Assembly: GCA_016839705.1 (NCBI GenBank)
Contig: JAEOTR010000043.1
Location: forward strand, 1 to 43,242
Direction: 5' to 3'
Source of the DNA: Promethearchaeota archaeon
GTDB lineage: Archaea; Asgardarchaeota; Lokiarchaeia; Sigyniarchaeales; SOKP01
DNA: 43,242 nt
Both the position numbers and the translations under genes were made by a program. Positions 38,082 through 43,242 of this stretch are shown in pieces; the stretch's first letter is position 1, and each line of letters opens with the position of its first letter. A model generated the notes under the pieces. The model searched no databases and had not been told where the DNA came from. It was given only the letters and a program-made list of their open reading frames with translations.

Positions 38082-38678
38082 ATGAGTTATGACAGAAAAA
38101 ACATTCTATATAGCTTTAAAATCGTAATATGTGGAAGTAATTCTGTCGGAAAAACATGCCTGTTCAATCGATATTGTTTCAATTCATTTAATTTTGACAG
38201 CTCTCCGACCATAGGAATTAATTTTCATTCAATTAATTTAAAAATTAATAATGAAAAAAATCCTGATATGCTAAGTGAACATTACATTGTGAATTCAATT
38301 TTCGATTTTGGGGGTCAAGAGAGATTCAAACCATTAGTAGGTCAATTTTTGGAAGGTTCTTCTGGAGCTCTTCTAGTTTTTGATTCTGTAAGTCATTCAT
38401 CATTTCAAGAGTTAGATTTTTGGTATGAGCAACTAATTACTAATGCTATAAGCTCCGATATACCAATATTATTAGTGGGAAGTAAAAGTGATTTATTAGA
38501 AAAAACTCCTGAGTCAAATATAGTCGATGAAAAGTTAATCCATAAATATATGGAAGAAAGACAGTTAGATGGCTTTTTCAGAACATCTGCTCTAGAGAAC
38601 TACAATGTTTTAAAAGTATTTAAAGAACTTAATAATTTGATGTTGAAACGACTACGTAAACCTTTCATTGTTGCATAA
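38082..38678 (+). CDS. Rab-like small GTPase
   Basis: GSNSVGKT, PTIG, FDFGGQERF, SKSD, TSA; no C-terminal prenylation Cys. Confidence 0.92.
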   Translation: MSYDRKNILYSFKIVICGSNSVGKTCLFNRYCFNSFNFDSSPTIGINFHSINLKINNEKNPDMLSEHYIVNSIFDFGGQERFKPLVGQFLEGSSGALLVFDSVSHSSFQELDFWYEQLITNAISSDIPILLVGSKSDLLEKTPESNIVDEKLIHKYMEERQLDGFFRTSALENYNVLKVFKELNNLMLKRLRKPFIVA

Positions 38679-38683
38679 TTTAT

Positions 38684-39802
38684 TTAATATTTACGTGTAT
38701 AAACAAATTCTGAAAATTGATTGAAAAAGTCTTTTTGCGCTCTGTTAAGATCTGGATAAATATCCTTTAATTTAGTTTTTGATTGCTCCATTAAATTTTT
38801 AGCGAGATGTTCAGCGATTAATAAGGCATTCGTTTCAGTGAAAATATCTTTGACTTCATTTATATCATTGTTAGTTAAATTCTCAGTACGATAAATTTCA
38901 TTAAGTTTTTTGGATTGTTCTTCATTTGTGTTTTGAACTGCCAGAATATAAACAATTTTTGAGCGATTTCTAGACTTGATATCATCCTCTAAATCAAGAA
39001 TATCATCTCTAATGGCGTGAGCTTGACCAATACTCAATAAAGCATCACTAAGAGGATTTATCTGATAATGAATATTACCCTTTGCTAGAATAGCTCCGAT
39101 TTTTGCTGATTTTTCAAATAACCTTGCTCTTTCCCATTCTGCAATATTTAAATACTGTTCTAAAGTCATAGTTATATTATTATAATTCATATATTCTTCC
39201 ACTAATTGTCCTTTCATTAAGAAATTCATAGCTTGAGTATATTCGTTAATCGCTAATAATTTAGTGTGCTCTGGAAACTTTGCTGATTTTAGTATGTCTA
39301 AACCTAACATATATCCTTGAGTCCCTCCTAAAATACTCATATCTCTTCCATATAATTTAACGATTTCATCCTTTTTCGGGACAATAATCTCTTTATATAT
39401 TTGATTCAGTTCATTCTCTAATTGTATGTGAAAAGTCGGTTTACCCCTTCTTACTATATCGTCATCTAAAAGATCATCATGAATTAAATGTCCACTGTGT
39501 AGCAATTCAACTGAAATAGACACTTCCCGAATCTGGTTTATTTGATCTTCTAAATACATTGGATTTACAATACCAGAAAAAGCAGCACTTAGCAATACAG
39601 GATGGATTCTTTTTGCTTTTTTATTTAAAACGAATTTCTCTAATTGGGCAATAAAATCCTTTAGAAGAATATCCTTCTCTGTTTTGTATAATTGACTAAA
39701 GTATCTCCCCAATTCTGCATCGATATGAGCTTTTTCAGTTTTAAAGAATTCTTCAATCACGCTAAAATCACAAAAATAATCATTAGTACTAATATAAATC
39801 AT
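38684..39802 (-). CDS. Divergent trans-polyprenyl diphosphate synthase
   Basis: AKRIHP, FARM HDDLLDDDIVRRG, GQ, SARM DDILD. Confidence 0.85.
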   Translation of the reverse strand: MIYISTNDYFCDFSVIEEFFKTEKAHIDAELGRYFSQLYKTEKDILLKDFIAQLEKFVLNKKAKRIHPVLLSAAFSGIVNPMYLEDQINQIREVSISVELLHSGHLIHDDLLDDDIVRRGKPTFHIQLENELNQIYKEIIVPKKDEIVKLYGRDMSILGGTQGYMLGLDILKSAKFPEHTKLLAINEYTQAMNFLMKGQLVEEYMNYNNITMTLEQYLNIAEWERARLFEKSAKIGAILAKGNIHYQINPLSDALLSIGQAHAIRDDILDLEDDIKSRNRSKIVYILAVQNTNEEQSKKLNEIYRTENLTNNDINEVKDIFTETNALLIAEHLAKNLMEQSKTKLKDIYPDLNRAQKDFFNQFSEFVYTRKY

Positions 39803-39854
39803 ATAATAATTTAATTTAATTATATCTAATTCCTATTATTTTTATAATAAAGGA

Positions 39855-40379
39855 GTGGTAAAAAGGTTGAAAATTGCAGTTATAAGTGATTCTCATGACC
39901 ATATGAATAACATTCTCCAGACAGTCTCAATAATAAATGAAAGAAAGATTGATGCTGTGATTCATTGCGGAGATTATGTTGCACCTTTTGTTAAAAAATG
40001 GTTTGATAAGCTTGATGAGTCAATAAAAAAGAATTTTTTCGGAGTTTTTGGGAATAATGATGGTGAACGAGTGTTCTTAAAGCAAAATTTAGGTCAAATA
40101 TGCCAATTATCTCAAAATGGGAATGAATTGTTATTAGAATTAGGAGGAAAGAGAATTTTTGTTTCGCACATGCCTAAGCAGGGAACATTAGAAGCATTAG
40201 CTAATTCCAATAAATTTGATATTATATTATCAGGACATACTCATGTTTTGAGAAACGAAAAATATGACAATGGTGTTTTGGTGGTAAATCCGGGTGAACT
40301 TTGCGGTTATTTAACAGGAAACTCGACATTTGCTATAATTGATACAGAAAAAATGGAAGCGGAGATTGTAGAATTATAA
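39855..40379 (+). CDS. Metallophosphoesterase, MJ0936/YfcE/Vps29 family
   Basis: SDSHD, HCGD, GNND, GHTH, NPG. Confidence 0.92.
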   Translation: MVKRLKIAVISDSHDHMNNILQTVSIINERKIDAVIHCGDYVAPFVKKWFDKLDESIKKNFFGVFGNNDGERVFLKQNLGQICQLSQNGNELLLELGGKRIFVSHMPKQGTLEALANSNKFDIILSGHTHVLRNEKYDNGVLVVNPGELCGYLTGNSTFAIIDTEKMEAEIVEL

Positions 40380-40442
40380 AATTAATTTACTAATTTTTTT
40401 CTAAAAATATCTAGAAATGAAATAGACTTGATGATTAACTAA

Positions 40443-41648
40443 ATGCTAAGATTATCCCCTAAGGAAATTTATAAAGATTTCAAAACTACAAAAATTAATA
40501 AGGACAAAGCATCCGAATTATTAATCTCATTAATTGAAAATCCTTTGGAATTGGACAATCGGGAAAGGAATTTATGCATAGAATTAATAGGGGTAATCGG
40601 ATCTAAAGAAAAAAATGTATTTCTTTTCTTAGAGAATTTATTAATATCTGATTTAAATGATTTAATACGGGGAAATGCAGCAATGATTATTATAAGCAAT
40701 TTCCCTGAACATGCATTAGAACCAATTAAATGGGCTTTACGACATGAAGAATCAGAGACGTCCATCGTCTTAATAATCAAAGCATTAGAAAAATCTGGTG
40801 ATTTAAAATTAAGATCATTATTGAAAGATGTTGAATATGTAGAAGTTGAGGGAAAGTTCTTTTTCCCTTATGGAAATTTTCAAAGTATTAATTTAAGTAG
40901 TAGGAATATCATCAATATATTAAAGATTAAGGGATTGGGTAATTTAGTAAATTTAAGTAAACTGAATTTAAATTTCAATGAAATATCAGAAATCGAGGGT
41001 TTGAATGCTCTAGTTAACTTGAAATCTTTACACCTTCAAGGAAATAAAATTAGAAAGATTAAAGGATTAGACCGATTAGTAAGTTTAGAATACTTATACC
41101 TTAATAATAATGAAATTACAAAGATTCAAGGGATCGAGAACCTTTCTAAGCTAAAATCATTGATGATCTATGATAACCAGATCCCAGAAATCAAAAAATT
41201 GGAACATCTTTCAAACTTAGAGATATTAAATCTACGGAATAATAGAATATCTGAAATTGAAGGATTACAGAATTTCACTAAATTAAGAAGATTAGATCTT
41301 AGTAGTAATAATATAAATGAAATTAAAGATTTAGATAACCTTGTCAACCTAGAATTTTTGGATCTTAGCTACAATCAAATTACTGAAATTAAAGGATTAG
41401 ATAGCCTAAAAAATTTAAAGTTTTTAGATCTAAGAAATAACAAGATAAGAACAATCAAACAATTGAAAATATTAAAACAGCTACAACATTTATACCTTGG
41501 TTTCAATAGAATATCATTATTGGAAGATAATGAAACTCTGAATCATAAAAATACTCTTGAGGCTATAGGTATTGAGGGGAAATCAATATCAAACTCACCA
41601 TTTGATTTTTTTTACAAATTTAGATCACGTAAAAACTCAACAAATTAA
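40443..41648 (+). CDS. HEAT-repeat plus SDS22-type LRR protein
   Basis: FLENLLISD...IRGNAA HEAT unit, then about 10 22-aa repeats of the L..L.L..N.I.EI.GL..L type. Confidence 0.88.
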   Translation: MLRLSPKEIYKDFKTTKINKDKASELLISLIENPLELDNRERNLCIELIGVIGSKEKNVFLFLENLLISDLNDLIRGNAAMIIISNFPEHALEPIKWALRHEESETSIVLIIKALEKSGDLKLRSLLKDVEYVEVEGKFFFPYGNFQSINLSSRNIINILKIKGLGNLVNLSKLNLNFNEISEIEGLNALVNLKSLHLQGNKIRKIKGLDRLVSLEYLYLNNNEITKIQGIENLSKLKSLMIYDNQIPEIKKLEHLSNLEILNLRNNRISEIEGLQNFTKLRRLDLSSNNINEIKDLDNLVNLEFLDLSYNQITEIKGLDSLKNLKFLDLRNNKIRTIKQLKILKQLQHLYLGFNRISLLEDNETLNHKNTLEAIGIEGKSISNSPFDFFYKFRSRKNSTN

Positions 41649-41713
41649 TTTCAAATCTTTTCTTGTTTATTTTTAAAAAACTTTTAATTATAAATCCTAA
41701 ATGTTTAATTATT

Positions 41714-42919
41714 ATGATTTTACCTTTAGAAGGAAAAGTGATATTAGATCTCTCAAGGATGTTACCAGGACCATATTGTACAATGATACTAAGTGATCTT
41801 GGTGCAGAAGTAATCCGTATAGAAGATCCTAATTATCCTTATAGTAATCCAGGTCCATATTTTCAAAAAGAAAAGTATCGAGAAAGTGCTTTCCATTCCA
41901 TTCTTATGAGGAATAAAAAATCAATCACTCTTAACTTGAAAAAAGATAAAGCAAGGAAAATATTTTATGATTTAGTAAAGCAAGCAGATGTAGTTCTCGA
42001 TACTTACCGACCTAAAATAATAGATAAATTACAAATTGATTACAATACGTTAGCTGCAATAAATCCATCAATAATTTGCTGTTCTTTAACGGGTTATGGT
42101 CAGTATGGACCCTATGAACAGATAGCTGGTCATGATCTTAATTATATAGGAATAAGTGGAATATTGGATTTAACAAAAGAAAGACCAATTTATCAAAATG
42201 AGCAGCAACAAAGAACCCCTATCAATCCCGGTGTTCAAGTAGCTGATATAGGAGGGGGATTAGTTGCAGCAATAGGGATTTTAGGTGCAATAATTGAAAG
42301 AGAAAACAATCCTGAAAAAAAAGGTCAATATATTGATATTGCTATGACTGACTCCGTTTTCTCATTTATTCCAATGATAGCGGCATATCATTTTTCTAAG
42401 GATAAAAGTGATGGGATAAATATATTACATGGGGATTTTCCTTTTTATTCTGTTTATAAAACTAAAGATGGTAAATTCTTATCTGTTGGTATAATTGAAA
42501 TAAAATTCTGGGGAGAATTTTGTAAAGGTCTCAAACGTGATGACTTAATTCCTAAACAATTTACGGGATTTGCGGACAGAGAAGAAGTTTTTAAAGAAAT
42601 TCAGAAGGAATTTTTAAAAAAAACACAAAAAGAATGGATGGACATATTTATAAACTTAGATGCCTGTGTCATGCCTGTAAAGTCATTCGCTGAAGCCATT
42701 CATGATCCTCAAATTATCGCCCGGAAGATGGTTGTAGATCTAGACCATCCAAAGCTAGGAAAAATTCAAAATATTGCTTCCCCAATTAAATATTCAAGAA
42801 CGGCTTTAACAATTAGAAGCCTTGCACCGAAAATTGGGGAAAATACAAAAGAGATCTTAGAAACTTTAGGTTACACAGATAGACAAATTCAAAATTTTAA
42901 GAAAAATGGGATAATATAA
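41714..42919 (+). CDS. CaiB/BaiF family III CoA-transferase (alpha-methylacyl-CoA racemase-like)
   Basis: LDLSRMLPGPYCT..LSDLGAEVIRIE, RNKKS, GHDLNY, ADIGGG; ATG at 41714 is preferred. Confidence 0.93.
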   Translation: MILPLEGKVILDLSRMLPGPYCTMILSDLGAEVIRIEDPNYPYSNPGPYFQKEKYRESAFHSILMRNKKSITLNLKKDKARKIFYDLVKQADVVLDTYRPKIIDKLQIDYNTLAAINPSIICCSLTGYGQYGPYEQIAGHDLNYIGISGILDLTKERPIYQNEQQQRTPINPGVQVADIGGGLVAAIGILGAIIERENNPEKKGQYIDIAMTDSVFSFIPMIAAYHFSKDKSDGINILHGDFPFYSVYKTKDGKFLSVGIIEIKFWGEFCKGLKRDDLIPKQFTGFADREEVFKEIQKEFLKKTQKEWMDIFINLDACVMPVKSFAEAIHDPQIIARKMVVDLDHPKLGKIQNIASPIKYSRTALTIRSLAPKIGENTKEILETLGYTDRQIQNFKKNGII

Positions 42920-42926
42920 GTTTTTC

Positions 42927-43241
42927 TTATAGAATCTGGAATTCTATTAGAATTATTAGTGTTGCAAATATCAGAGAAATGATAGTAAATACTAATAAAA
43001 CAATGAACATTGGCCAATCTTTTAATTGACCATAAAAACCAGCTGCGTTGATAGTAGAATAAATTGCCATTCCGATAGAGATAAAGAATAATGCCACTCC
43101 CCATGGTTGGTTCATTAAAAGTCCGATTCCCCCAATTATAAGTGAGATAGATGTTAATAATTCAGCAATTAAGTGAAAAAAGATTTGTGTTGGCTTAGTA
43201 GTAAGCTCAGGGACTTCTTTTTTTCCTAATAAAAAAAGCCA
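42927..43241 (-). CDS. Small multi-TM membrane protein (5' end beyond the window)
   Basis: The frame of the 62-aa track ORF stays open to the window edge: ...WLFLLGKKEVPELTTKPTQIFFHLIAELLTSISLIIGGIGLLMNQPWG... Confidence 0.75.
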   Translation of the reverse strand, partial: WLFLLGKKEVPELTTKPTQIFFHLIAELLTSISLIIGGIGLLMNQPWGVALFFISIGMAIYSTINAAGFYGQLKDWPMFIVLLVFTIISLIFATLIILIEFQIL

Positions 43242-43242
43242 C

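Noticed and set aside
39855-40379. Vps29/retromer component
   Set aside because: The full metal-binding motif set matches the ordinary archaeal MJ0936/YfcE phosphoesterase, and no Vps26/Vps35-like neighbours are present.
40940-41500. 66-bp periodicity
   Set aside because: Explained by 22-aa SDS22-type LRR coding repeats.

Overview
AT-rich, gene-dense archaeal chromosome segment, most likely from an Asgard archaeon (Lokiarchaeia-like). The basis is an actin-related protein, two Rab/Ras-like small GTPases, a longin-like protein, two LRR proteins, an archaea-specific Ski2-like helicase, TATA-box promoters, GGTGA-type ribosome-binding sites and frequent TTG starts. Housekeeping genes include folD, purH, guaB, ggt, a PfkB kinase, transporters, a radical SAM enzyme and a CoA-transferase. 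The main observations are: (1) an LRR protein fused to a C-terminal ribbon-helix-helix DNA-binding domain, whose promoter has two near-identical 24-bp GTACAA-repeat boxes either side of a TATA box; the whole unit sits between two diverged ~130-bp direct repeats and looks like an inserted, autoregulated LRR-sensor transcription-factor cassette; (2) an actin-related protein with a ~130-aa insertion of two double zinc ribbons and substituted catalytic residues; (3) a HEAT plus tandem winged-helix (PCI/UFL1-like) scaffold; (4) a GTPase/coiled-coil cluster; (5) elements missing from the ORF track: an edge APC permease, a 53-aa ORF, an internally deleted SMP-30 minigene, twin operators and a candidate structured RNA. 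No rRNA, tRNA, CRISPR array or transposase was seen. All family calls come from motif recognition by eye, not from database searches.
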